Shown here piece after piece: positions 18,776 to 27,374 of a stretch of DNA of 64,000 nucleotides. A program made the translations under genes and the position numbers. Positions within the stretch are counted from its first letter, which is position 1. Each line of letters opens with the position of its first letter. The stretch is from Bacteroidota bacterium (lineage in GTDB: Bacteria > Bacteroidota > Ignavibacteria > Kapaibacteriales > Kapaibacteriaceae). The stretch covers positions 85,610-149,609 of the forward strand of contig JBDKEN010000001.1 in NCBI GenBank assembly GCA_039795225.1, given 5' to 3'. The notes under the pieces are model-generated. The model ran no database searches. It worked only from the letters and a program-made list of their open reading frames with translations, and had not been told where the DNA came from.

Positions 18776-21393
18776 CGTACCACCTCGAAAAGCGTGGTGG
18801 CAACTGTCGATGGCGATTGAACCATAAACACGTACGTGCCTGCGGTCAGCCAGGACGGAATCTGCCATTCCACAGCGTCACCATCTGATGAGCCGACGCC
18901 AAGCTGAATCTCCTCACCAAGCATCGTAACGATCCGAGCCGTTGACGTCCGGGCATCCTCACCGACGGCGCTACCGATAGCCCCCTCGGGTCCGACGGGA
19001 TTCGAGGCAACCGCAACAGCAAGCCGCGCACGTCGGAATGTGACAAAGCGTCCGACCGAGTCGATGCGGCAGATGCCCGCCGCTTTGAATGGCAGCTGCA
19101 CTGGCGTAGCACCGGCAACACATGGGTCAAAGTCGAGACTGTCAACGATGATCGATGTGCTGTCGCGGTCACCGAGCGCAACGCGCAGATCGAAGAATCC
19201 GAGCGTATCGCTTGATGGCTTGCGACGTCCGGTGACCTTGATCGAGCGCAGCGAATCATCGGTTGTTCCGCGGCCAAGGGGCCGTACGGGAAACAGCATG
19301 GTCTTGTTGAAGCGGACAACGGCGGACCAGTCGGTGGGAAGCGACTCCAGTTTCGTTCCGTTCGGAGCAGCAACGCGCATGACAACGCGAACAGTCGATC
19401 CAACCGTTGCACTGTCAGCTCCGGCATAGGACATCAGCAGCGGCGTGCTGCCGCTCGACGATGACGTTATGACCGTAACTGTGTCCGTGGTTACCGAGCA
19501 GCCGTCTGGTGAGAAGACCACAGCATAATACCGACCTGGCGTGCGAACCCTTATCGAGCGAACCTTAACGATGGTATCTGCGCTCAACACGCCAGTAGAC
19601 CAAAAAACACGTTCAATGTTCTGCCCAGAGAGTGTCAGCAGAACGCCCGACGTATCACAAATCGACACTGTGTCTATCGGTGTGAGCTTGACTGACGGCA
19701 GAAGGCCGGGCTTGATAACAATGCTATCGGCGTACTCACAACCACCGGCGTTGTACCTGACATTGTATGTGCCGGCCGTCGTGATCACTCTCGTTGATGA
19801 AACGTTGCCATCTCCCCATACCACATTGGCTGGCGAAGGCTGCAGCGTCAACGTTACACTATCCCCTGTTGCACAGAGCACAGTGTCGGATGCAAGAATC
19901 TTGGTCGTGCTAGCACCGCATCCGATCTTCACAAGGAAACCGTCGCGCTCGCCCCCTGACGATCTCTGAAACACTGGCCCTGGTGCATTGGTACCGGGCA
20001 TGACGGTGCTAGTTGTCGTGCCGCATATGTAGCTCGAGTTGGGGCCTTCGTCGATACCACCGAAGCCAAAGCGGAATTGCTCTGTGTCGAGCGTGAGTTC
20101 ATCAGCGTTACCGCAAAACTCGCTCAGTCCAACTGGATTGGTACCTGGATAAGGATTCAACCGAAACGCACTGAATCGACCAATCTTGCAGAAATAAAAA
20201 CCGTTGGAAAAGAGCAGAGGTCCATTATTCGTATTGCCTCGTGTGAACGAGCACAGGATATCGTCACCTGGTGTGTTTACGTACCACGTAACCGCCGTAA
20301 CGGTGGGCTCTGTTGTTATCAGCAGCATAAATGCATCACCACCCAAAGCACTGCCACCGGCGTAAGGCATACCTCCTGTTGGACTACCAGGAGCTGGGAA
20401 CGGACCACCGTTGTAGAGGCCACAAACACGCAGGGTGAACTTCTCACCACCAGCTCCAGGTTGATTGGAGCGGAACGGCTGCAAGCCATACACAACCTCA
20501 TTGCCTGCTCCGCCGCAATACGTAGACCACTGACACTCCAGCGTAGTGGAGTCTAGTCGTGCTACAAATCCATCATCATCGAAGACGGTGCCAAGTCGCG
20601 CTGGCTGAAGCACGGGGTTGCCCGGTAGCTTATCACTTCGGGTGCGCCCACCCACGTATACGTGGCCGAGCGTGTTGCGTACACGCACCACCAGCACTTC
20701 ATCAAGGTAGCGTCCGCCGAAATATGTAACCACATCTGGCACAATTTGCCAGCCGCTTGGTGACTGAACGAGACTCAACTTGGCAACAAACCCATCTCCA
20801 ATGCCTTGCCCAGCAAGGCCACCACCCTGATAACTAGCCTGCATAGCATTCGCCGTTGTCGGGAAGTCGCGCGACTCTGTGACGCCCCCTACGTAGATCG
20901 TGTTTCCTACAATGTCAACACTTGTTGCAACATCTGCCTCTGATCCTCCGAGAAACTGGTCGCGAGCGAACCGTTCTCCGAGCGTTGTAAACGTCGATAC
21001 TGTTGCATCCACATTGCCGCATTGATTGGCTATTGAGCCCACCATGACGAGCACTCCCGCATCTGAAATCGCAAGCTCTAGTGGTCGGACGCAACTGAAA
21101 TACTGCAGCCAACGCATCTCCCCTGTTGGACTAAACGAAGCGAGATAGCCACCGGGTCCAACTGTGTCAAATGAAGTTGGCACATTACGGGGCTTGGGGA
21201 AATCCGTGCTCGTGAACACTCCGCACACATAGACATTGTCATCACGATCGACGCAGAGATCGCGCATTTCGTCCTTCCCAGAGCCGCCAAGGAAGGTTGC
21301 CCATTGCACTTCTAGCTGCTTTTGGGCAGACACAGTCACTGATGCTAGCCTGAACATCAGAAACATCAACACCACATAATGACCGAGATTCAT
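18772..21393 (-). CDS. Large secreted SBBP-type beta-propeller repeat protein with a T9SS-like C-terminal sorting domain
   Basis: 873 aa with signal peptide MNLGHYVVLMFLMFRLASVTVSAQ. SBBP-like repeats include FLGGSGKDEMRDLCVDRDDNVYVCGVFTSTDFP and FLGGSEADVATSVDIVGNTIYVGGVTESRDFP. The C-terminal ..LTAGTYVFMVQSPSTVATTLFEVVR resembles a T9SS type A CTD. Confidence 0.8.
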   Translation of the reverse strand: MNLGHYVVLMFLMFRLASVTVSAQKQLEVQWATFLGGSGKDEMRDLCVDRDDNVYVCGVFTSTDFPKPRNVPTSFDTVGPGGYLASFSPTGEMRWLQYFSCVRPLELAISDAGVLVMVGSIANQCGNVDATVSTFTTLGERFARDQFLGGSEADVATSVDIVGNTIYVGGVTESRDFPTTANAMQASYQGGGLAGQGIGDGFVAKLSLVQSPSGWQIVPDVVTYFGGRYLDEVLVVRVRNTLGHVYVGGRTRSDKLPGNPVLQPARLGTVFDDDGFVARLDSTTLECQWSTYCGGAGNEVVYGLQPFRSNQPGAGGEKFTLRVCGLYNGGPFPAPGSPTGGMPYAGGSALGGDAFMLLITTEPTVTAVTWYVNTPGDDILCSFTRGNTNNGPLLFSNGFYFCKIGRFSAFRLNPYPGTNPVGLSEFCGNADELTLDTEQFRFGFGGIDEGPNSSYICGTTTSTVMPGTNAPGPVFQRSSGGERDGFLVKIGCGASTTKILASDTVLCATGDSVTLTLQPSPANVVWGDGNVSSTRVITTAGTYNVRYNAGGCEYADSIVIKPGLLPSVKLTPIDTVSICDTSGVLLTLSGQNIERVFWSTGVLSADTIVKVRSIRVRTPGRYYAVVFSPDGCSVTTDTVTVITSSSSGSTPLLMSYAGADSATVGSTVRVVMRVAAPNGTKLESLPTDWSAVVRFNKTMLFPVRPLGRGTTDDSLRSIKVTGRRKPSSDTLGFFDLRVALGDRDSTSIIVDSLDFDPCVAGATPVQLPFKAAGICRIDSVGRFVTFRRARLAVAVASNPVGPEGAIGSAVGEDARTSTARIVTMLGEEIQLGVGSSDGDAVEWQIPSWLTAGTYVFMVQSPSTVATTLFEVVR

Positions 21394-23537
21394 CGTATTC
21401 CTTCATCAAGCATGAGCTTTGTGCGGACGTTGGTTCCGAAACGCGCGACGATCACATATGGCTGATGGTGGTTCTGTGGCAAATAGTCGGCACCGACACC
21501 CACACATCGTCCATCCAGGAGGTACCATACCACTTCATCGGCACTCTGCAATTGTTCTCGGGTGAGGCCCTCGACTTCGTCTACCGACGAAATCGGCAGA
21601 GGCCATGGTTCCTTCAGTCGTAGTACCCTTCCATCTGCTGTGCCCACAATCATCGACTCTGTATCGGAATGCACCGATACAAAAACAACGGGTGCCCCTC
21701 CTGTTTCAAGGGTCTTCACACGCAAGCCCGATGCAGCTTCGACGATCACGACCGTACCGTCGTCCTGTCCTACCGAAAAGTGCTTGGCAGACTTTGAACA
21801 GGCAATGCGATTCCCAAGGAATCCATCGATGAAGGGCTTACCGATTGCCGGAAGAACGTTGACTTCTTGTAACGTCTCGGCATCTATGATCACGGCGTCG
21901 ATAGCATCTGCACTTGATAGTCCATACTGCATGAGCACCAATACATCAGACTCTCCAACACGCGAAGCGGGCACAAGGATATCGATCACGGATGTAGGAA
22001 CAGACTTGGTCGCTAGAATCTGTCCGGTTAGCCCGTCCAGGACTCGTAGCGTACTGTCGGCGCAGCTTGTAACAATGCGCCCATTGCGTGTGGAGGTTGC
22101 CACCCAAGGGATACAGGTAGCAATAGCGGACGAGGTAAGGGGCTCGGGGTTGCCAGATGTAAGAGCGAATGCACTATCACTTGTTAGGACGATTATTCGG
22201 TCAGTCGTCCTGCTCGCAACAACTGAGGTAGCTCTTCGAGAGAACGAGGTATCCATGGATTTCGATTGAACGTCATACCGGCGCAAACGTCGTATACCAT
22301 CATTGGCAACGGGTGTGAAGTACAACGACTGCATGGCGTTATCAAACACCATGGAAGCCGGCGTAGCAAAGCCCCAAGGCTGGTTCCCAACCGTATGAGT
22401 AACAGAACCATTTGCAACATCGATAAGACGAATCCGATCCGAGCTTGACGACGCGGTAGCTATCATTTTTCCATCGATAGACCAAGCCGCACGGCGTAGG
22501 TACCCAGTCATGCCCTCGAGGTCGAACATGAACCTATCCGTCGTGAGATCCCATACCTGGACATCGCTACCCTGTGTGGCCACGTAGAGACGTTTTGCAG
22601 GCTGGTCGACGGCGAGGGCCGAAACCTGGCGTCCAAACTCGATGATCGTATCAGCATCGGAGCGCCCGTCCGTGTACCGACGCAGTCCGGCAAAGAGCAC
22701 GCCCGCCGTAATCGTTCGAGTTGCGTCTTCAAGAACAACGAACTCAGGTCCACCAGCGATGCCATAGTCTACATCACGTCTACTCTGAACGGCGCCTGTG
22801 GCTGCATCCACGGTAAGGATTGCATTCGATGCAGCCATCCGGATGGTAGTGGATGTGGCATAGGCCGCAGCATAAATAGGAGAACTTCCTCCAGAGCCGG
22901 GTGCAGCACCGTCAACCACCGCACGTATGGCTAGTCCAGGAACCCCTACAATTCGGGCAGGGTTCGGCACTGATGGCGAGTCCTTTCCACCTGCCCGCGA
23001 CGTTGTGATTGTCATGGAAGCACCGTCTGGGTTCACGGCAATGGAGCGGACAGGCGACCCAAGGCGCATCGTGTCGAGAATTGCTCGATTGTTCAGATCC
23101 CACCTTCGCACCACACCCGCATCGTCACCTACGGCAACCCAATCTCCATTTGGAGAGCAAGCAATATCATTTACTTGAAGGGTGTGCTTTCCCAGAGTAA
23201 AGAGTAGTCGCCCTGATTCGATCGACCAACACCTTACCCAACCGTCGGCATCACCCGTGATCACGATCGCTTCATCCGGCGTTATAGCCATGGAGCGTCC
23301 ACCCAGGAATCGCGTCGTGATCAATGTGAGCGTACTACTCTTTGTGGCTAGGTCCCAAACACGCACAGAACCATCAAAGGAGCCAACCAGCAGACGTCCG
23401 TTTGATAGCGGCACTAAGTCGTAAGCAGGACGAGTGTTTCCGCCACGTTCCCAAAGCACATCAGGTATCTGCGATTGTGCCGTAAGCAAACAAGAGACAC
23501 AGCAGAACGCAGCCAGCAATTGAACGGTGCTAAACAT
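21390..23537 (-). CDS. Secreted WD40-repeat beta-propeller protein
   Basis: ATG at 23537 gives an MFSTVQLLAAFCCVSCLLTAQSQ signal peptide. WD40-like repeats include DGSVRVWDL, DGWVRCWSI and AGVVRRWDL. The stop overlaps the next gene's start (ATGA at 21390-21393). Confidence 0.8.
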   Translation of the reverse strand: MFSTVQLLAAFCCVSCLLTAQSQIPDVLWERGGNTRPAYDLVPLSNGRLLVGSFDGSVRVWDLATKSSTLTLITTRFLGGRSMAITPDEAIVITGDADGWVRCWSIESGRLLFTLGKHTLQVNDIACSPNGDWVAVGDDAGVVRRWDLNNRAILDTMRLGSPVRSIAVNPDGASMTITTSRAGGKDSPSVPNPARIVGVPGLAIRAVVDGAAPGSGGSSPIYAAAYATSTTIRMAASNAILTVDAATGAVQSRRDVDYGIAGGPEFVVLEDATRTITAGVLFAGLRRYTDGRSDADTIIEFGRQVSALAVDQPAKRLYVATQGSDVQVWDLTTDRFMFDLEGMTGYLRRAAWSIDGKMIATASSSSDRIRLIDVANGSVTHTVGNQPWGFATPASMVFDNAMQSLYFTPVANDGIRRLRRYDVQSKSMDTSFSRRATSVVASRTTDRIIVLTSDSAFALTSGNPEPLTSSAIATCIPWVATSTRNGRIVTSCADSTLRVLDGLTGQILATKSVPTSVIDILVPASRVGESDVLVLMQYGLSSADAIDAVIIDAETLQEVNVLPAIGKPFIDGFLGNRIACSKSAKHFSVGQDDGTVVIVEAASGLRVKTLETGGAPVVFVSVHSDTESMIVGTADGRVLRLKEPWPLPISSVDEVEGLTREQLQSADEVVWYLLDGRCVGVGADYLPQNHHQPYVIVARFGTNVRTKLMLDEGIR

Positions 23538-23663
23538 GACAAAATACCCCTGTGTATTGACGATTAGATGTTCACACCCGTGTCCAACTGCAATGTCACA
23601 TCCGTGGCTGGATGGCCAGTGAAATGTGACGTTTGTCTGCATTCAGGGGTGTATACTTGCTAC

Positions 23664-24221
23664 GTGCTTACCCCACCAGCGCATATTGTCCCAACAGAAT
23701 TGCTTTGTGCAGTAAACAACCCTGCAACGAGAGATGCCTCTTTCGCAGAATTCTACGATGCGCTCAGCAGACACGTGTATATGTACGCACTGCGCATGAC
23801 ATCAAACGAGTTAGATGCTTCTGACGTAACGCAGGAGACGTTCATCCGCGTACATGCACACCTCGTAAGGGGCAACACCATCGTTGATCCACTCCCCTTC
23901 TGCCTGATGATCGCACGTCAGCGCGTGATCAACATGCACCGCGACCGCAAGGTCACGGTGGAGCTCGATGAACAGCATAGCACTGTCGACCCCTATATCG
24001 ACATTGAGCGCGAGGACATCCGCGAACACGTCGAGCATGCCGTTGCGCGTCTGCCGGTGCTTCTGCGCGATGCGTTTGTCTTGAGATACTACGATGGTCT
24101 TTCGTATGAAACGATTGCAACGATGATCTCAGAATCAGCCGGCACCGTGCGTATGCGCGTGCATCGCGCCAAGGCCATCCTTCGTCAGTCGCTGGCGCAT
24201 CTCGTCAGGGAGAAAAGCTGA
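23664..24221 (+). CDS. ECF-type RNA polymerase sigma-70 family factor
   Basis: Region 2 (DASDVTQETFIRVHAHL) and a region 4 HTH (LSYETIATMISESAGTVRMRVHRAKAIL) are present. The start is uncertain. The track ATG at 23568 adds a Cys-rich ~30-aa extension, whereas GTG 23664 or TTG 23700 fit the family length better. Confidence 0.85.
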   Translation: MLTPPAHIVPTELLCAVNNPATRDASFAEFYDALSRHVYMYALRMTSNELDASDVTQETFIRVHAHLVRGNTIVDPLPFCLMIARQRVINMHRDRKVTVELDEQHSTVDPYIDIEREDIREHVEHAVARLPVLLRDAFVLRYYDGLSYETIATMISESAGTVRMRVHRAKAILRQSLAHLVREKS

Positions 24222-25264
24222 TGCGCGCCAGTGCTCACATCCTTATCCAGCGATATCTCGACGGAGAGCTCTCCGAGCTCGAGCTCCAGGCCTTTCTCCA
24301 GGACCTTTCGCAGAGCCCAGAGCTTGCATCAATGCTGGAGCAAGAAGTCAACATCGAAGCAGCGATCATCAACGATGCGTATTCCATAGAGCCCCCTGCC
24401 GAGCTACGTGCTGCCGTGTTGCAGTCGCTTCCTGACGTAGGTTCTTCCTGGACACTCAGCGTGGTCGGTCAGATGGCGTTGAGTATTGCCATGGGCGGAG
24501 TGTTCCTGCTTACATCGCTTGTCAGTATTGGTACAAACAGCATGCGACGGGTAGATGCTCCCGCGTCGAAGGTTGCACCCGTAATTGCCACTTCGGCCTC
24601 GTCCCGTGCGGTCGAACATTCGAGGTCCGCACCAGGCAGAGTTCTCAGCATCGATGCATCAATTCCTCGATCATTCTCATCACGTGACGTTGTTGCCGAC
24701 GTCGAGAGTGCTGATGTCTTGGTTGAGCCGACACGACACGTGCACATGCCGTTTGAGACTCTGCAACGTTCATGGGGTGAGCAGCACTCTGATCGATTCC
24801 TCGGCCTGGGTGGTGCATCCGTCTCGTCGCTTCCGACAGGTCTGTTCGGTGGGATGGTGGGAACCAGCATGGTCTCGCTGCGATACGAGCTCGACCTTCT
24901 CGAAGATTCACAGGTCTTCGTCGAGGCAGGGGGCTTGCAGCAGCCGCGCACGTCAACAGCATACGTCAACGGTGCAACGGCTTCCGTCATCTCCAGTGGC
25001 ATATCGCCATTTGTGAGCATTGGCATTGCCGGAAGTGTCCTCGATCTAGACATGCTCGGCCGGCCCATCAGCGGCGCAGCGTCGATCGGCGTCACGAGCG
25101 CCGGCCCCATTGCTATAGCGGATGTATCGGCTCCGATCATTGACCTCGGCCACACCACGCTTGACGTGGGCGTGCGCTTCTCCGCGCGGTTCGATCTTGG
25201 TTCACGTAGCACCAGCTCCGTCAGCGCAGCCCCTTTCATCCGTGTGGGCATTCCTCTGAGGTGA
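24221..25264 (+). CDS. Putative membrane anti-sigma factor
   Basis: The start overlaps the sigma gene stop (TGATG). The N-terminal LIQRYLDGELSELELQAFLQDL looks like an anti-sigma helix. One TM helix (VVGQMALSIAMGGVFLLTSLVSI) precedes a ~240-aa beta-rich extracytoplasmic domain of unknown family. Confidence 0.65.
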   Translation: MRASAHILIQRYLDGELSELELQAFLQDLSQSPELASMLEQEVNIEAAIINDAYSIEPPAELRAAVLQSLPDVGSSWTLSVVGQMALSIAMGGVFLLTSLVSIGTNSMRRVDAPASKVAPVIATSASSRAVEHSRSAPGRVLSIDASIPRSFSSRDVVADVESADVLVEPTRHVHMPFETLQRSWGEQHSDRFLGLGGASVSSLPTGLFGGMVGTSMVSLRYELDLLEDSQVFVEAGGLQQPRTSTAYVNGATASVISSGISPFVSIGIAGSVLDLDMLGRPISGAASIGVTSAGPIAIADVSAPIIDLGHTTLDVGVRFSARFDLGSRSTSSVSAAPFIRVGIPLR

Positions 25265-25336
25265 GAGAGCGCTTCACGCAGGTTTGAGGTGTGGGGTTTG
25301 GGGTGTGGGGTCATTTGTCATTCGTCATTGGTCACT
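25265..25336. repeat. Composite array element, copy 1: leader GAGCGCTTCACGCA plus 8 in-phase heptamers
   Basis: The leader is at 25267-25280, 2 nt after the TGA stop of the anti-sigma gene. The units from 25281 are GGTTTGA, GGTGTGG, GGTTTGG, GGTGTGG, GGTCATT, TGTCATT, CGTCATT, GGTCACT. Confidence 0.85.
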
Positions 25337-25364
25337 TTTCATGATATACATTTCTTTCGTTGTA

Positions 25365-25372
25365 TATCTTTG
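25365..25372 (+). promoter_or_regulatory. Candidate -7 promoter box TATCTTTG upstream of vapB
   Basis: Perfect TAnnTTTG, 24 nt before the vapB ATG and 28 nt after the array. Confidence 0.4.
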
Positions 25373-25396
25373 TGCTGAAATTTCAGGACCGACACT

Positions 25397-25627
25397 ATGC
25401 GCGTATCAAAATGGGGTAATAGTCTGGCCGTGCGACTTCCGGCCAGCATTGTCGAGGAGTTGAACCTTAAGGAGGGCGACGAGATCGAACTCGTAAGCTC
25501 CGATATGGAATCATTTATCCTTCATCGGTACGACAATCCCGCGCAGCTTCTCGAGCGCATCCGACGCTTCAGGGGGCGACTCCCCAAGGGATACAACTTC
25601 GATCGGGAGGGGGCTCATGAGCGCTAA
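25397..25627 (+). CDS. vapB: AbrB/MazE/SpoVT-family antitoxin (VapB-type)
   Basis: 76 aa. MRVSKWGNSLAVRLPASIVEEL is the classical swapped-hairpin AbrB-type antitoxin N-terminus. Overlaps the PIN gene by 11 nt. Confidence 0.85.
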   Translation: MRVSKWGNSLAVRLPASIVEELNLKEGDEIELVSSDMESFILHRYDNPAQLLERIRRFRGRLPKGYNFDREGAHER

Positions 25628-26021
25628 GACGTTCATCGACACGAACGTCCTGCTCTACCTCCTCTCGCATGATGCGCGCAAAGCGTCGTCCGTTGAGCGT
25701 CTGCTCCTGCAGCAGCCCACCATCAGCGTACAGGTGTTGAATGAGATCGTTGCGGTTGCCACGAGGAAGCTCCGCATGCCGATGCCCGAGATACTCGAGT
25801 TCTGTCAGGTCATCCGCCGTCTCTGCAACGTCGAGCCAATCACGCCGGACCATCATGATCTTGCTCTATCGATCATGCAACGATTCAACTACAGCATATA
25901 CGATGCTCTCATCATTGCCTCTGCCCTTCTCGCAGACTGTCGAAGGCTCTCTACGGAAGACCTCCAGCATGGCCAGGTCATTTTGAAGCAGCTGAGAGTA
26001 GAAAATCCTTTTCGAGTGTGA
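25617..26021 (+). CDS. vapC: PIN-domain toxin VapC
   Basis: 134 aa with the acidic PIN residues in FIDTNV, LNE and YDALI. Small size and antitoxin pairing fit VapC. Confidence 0.9.
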   Translation: MSAKTFIDTNVLLYLLSHDARKASSVERLLLQQPTISVQVLNEIVAVATRKLRMPMPEILEFCQVIRRLCNVEPITPDHHDLALSIMQRFNYSIYDALIIASALLADCRRLSTEDLQHGQVILKQLRVENPFRV

Positions 26022-26117
26022 GCGCTTGGCGCAGGTGTGAGGTTTGGGGTGTGAGGTAATTGGTAATTGGTAATTGGTAATTCGTCATTAGTAATTGGTC
26101 ATTGGTAATTGGTATTT
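26020..26117. repeat. Composite array element, copy 2: leader GAGCGCTTGGCGCA plus 12 in-phase heptamers
   Basis: The leader at 26020-26033 overlaps the vapC TGA stop (26019-26021). The units from 26034 are GGTGTGA, GGTTTGG, GGTGTGA, GGTAATT x4, CGTCATT, AGTAATT, GGTCATT, GGTAATT, GGTATTT. Orientation and internal order match copy 1. Confidence 0.85.
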
Positions 26118-26153
26118 GGCCCCTTACCTCCGTTCCTCCGTAATTTCTTTCCC

Positions 26154-27374
26154 ATGCTTCGCTCCCTGTACGTTGATCTGAACTCATACTTCGCTTCTGT
26201 TGAGCAGCAGGAGCAGCCGGAGCTCCGTGGACGTCCGGTGGCGGTAGTGCCGGTGATGGCCGACTCTACATGTGCGATCGCGGCGTCGTATGAGGCGAAG
26301 AAGTTTGGCGTCAAGACGGGAACGATCATCGCCGAGGCCAAGCAGAAGTGTCCGGAGCTGGTGCTGGTACAGGCCCGGCATTCACTGTATGTGGAGTATC
26401 ATCACCGCATTGTGGAAGCCGTTGAACAGACGATCCACGTCAAGAGTGTGAACTCGATCGATGAAATGGTATGCGAGCTTACGGGCTCTGATCGGCAGCG
26501 CGAAAAAGCCATAGAGATCGCTCATGCGGTGAAGGCATCGATCAAGGCCAATGTGGGTGACACAATGACCTGCAGCGTGGGCATCGGCCCGAACGACTAT
26601 CTGGCCAAGACGGCGTCGGATATGCAGAAGCCCGATGGACTGGTGATCGTTGAAGAGGAGCAATTGCCTGACGTGCTGTACGCACTCGAGCTGCGCGACC
26701 TCTGCGGCATCGGCAAGCAAATGCATGCGCGGCTTCGCAAGCATGGCATCTTCACCGTGGAAATGCTCTGCACAGCACCGAAGCACCAGCTGCGCGAGGT
26801 ATGGGGCGGCATCGAGGGAGAACGCATGTGGGCCCGCCTGCGAGGGCAGGATGTACCGATGGCCGAAACGCAGAAGTCCACGGTCGGACACTCTCACGTT
26901 CTCGAGCCCGAACACCGCTCTGTTCAGGGGGCGAAAGCCGTCGTGCATCGTCTTCTGCAGAAGGCCGCCATGCGCCTGCGTCAGTACGAGCTCCATACGG
27001 CGGAGGTCACCGTTAGCGTACGCTATGTCGATGGAACCAAGTGGAAGCAGGCACGCGAGATCACACCCACACAGGATGTGCTGCAGCTGACGACGATCAT
27101 GAGCACCATGCTCGAGGCCATGCCAGAGCTTGGAACGCCGTTCAAGGTGACGATCGCGCTTAACAAGGTGAGCCCCCTTGAATCAACTCCACTACCGATC
27201 TTCGAAAACGTTGGCCCAGCTCGCTCGGCACTGAACAACTCGATCGATGCCATCAACAAGAAGTATGGCAAGAACACGCTCTACGTCGGCACCGCCTGGA
27301 ACGCCCTCTCGAGCGCACCAATGCGCATTGCGTTCAACCACATTCCGGATGCGGAAGTGGATGATGATGAGTAA
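26154..27374 (+). CDS. Y-family DNA polymerase (DinB/ImpB/UmuC superfamily)
   Basis: ATG at 26154 gives MLRSLYVDLNSYFASVEQ (catalytic Asp motif). The SIDEM catalytic D-E motif is present. 406 aa. The first 15 codons of the track ORF read out of the heptamer array and are rejected. Confidence 0.9.
   Translation: MLRSLYVDLNSYFASVEQQEQPELRGRPVAVVPVMADSTCAIAASYEAKKFGVKTGTIIAEAKQKCPELVLVQARHSLYVEYHHRIVEAVEQTIHVKSVNSIDEMVCELTGSDRQREKAIEIAHAVKASIKANVGDTMTCSVGIGPNDYLAKTASDMQKPDGLVIVEEEQLPDVLYALELRDLCGIGKQMHARLRKHGIFTVEMLCTAPKHQLREVWGGIEGERMWARLRGQDVPMAETQKSTVGHSHVLEPEHRSVQGAKAVVHRLLQKAAMRLRQYELHTAEVTVSVRYVDGTKWKQAREITPTQDVLQLTTIMSTMLEAMPELGTPFKVTIALNKVSPLESTPLPIFENVGPARSALNNSIDAINKKYGKNTLYVGTAWNALSSAPMRIAFNHIPDAEVDDDE

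Noticed and set aside
23568-23663. ATG at 23568 as the start of the ECF sigma factor, and 54870 as the start of the helicase
   Set aside because: Both add non-homologous extensions: a Cys-rich 32 aa to the sigma factor, and 63 aa overlapping the M16 gene to the helicase. Downstream starts give family-typical N-termini.
24469-25314. 281-aa minus-strand ORF, plus the nested ORFs at 24585-25016 and 24645-24962
   Set aside because: Antisense or out of frame with the anti-sigma gene, which is translationally coupled to the ECF sigma gene. No motifs.
26141-26148. TAATTTCT upstream of the Y-family polymerase as a -7 box
   Set aside because: It has two mismatches to TAnnTTTG (TTCT instead of TTTG) and lies only 5 nt from the ATG. 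No promoter is claimed for this gene.
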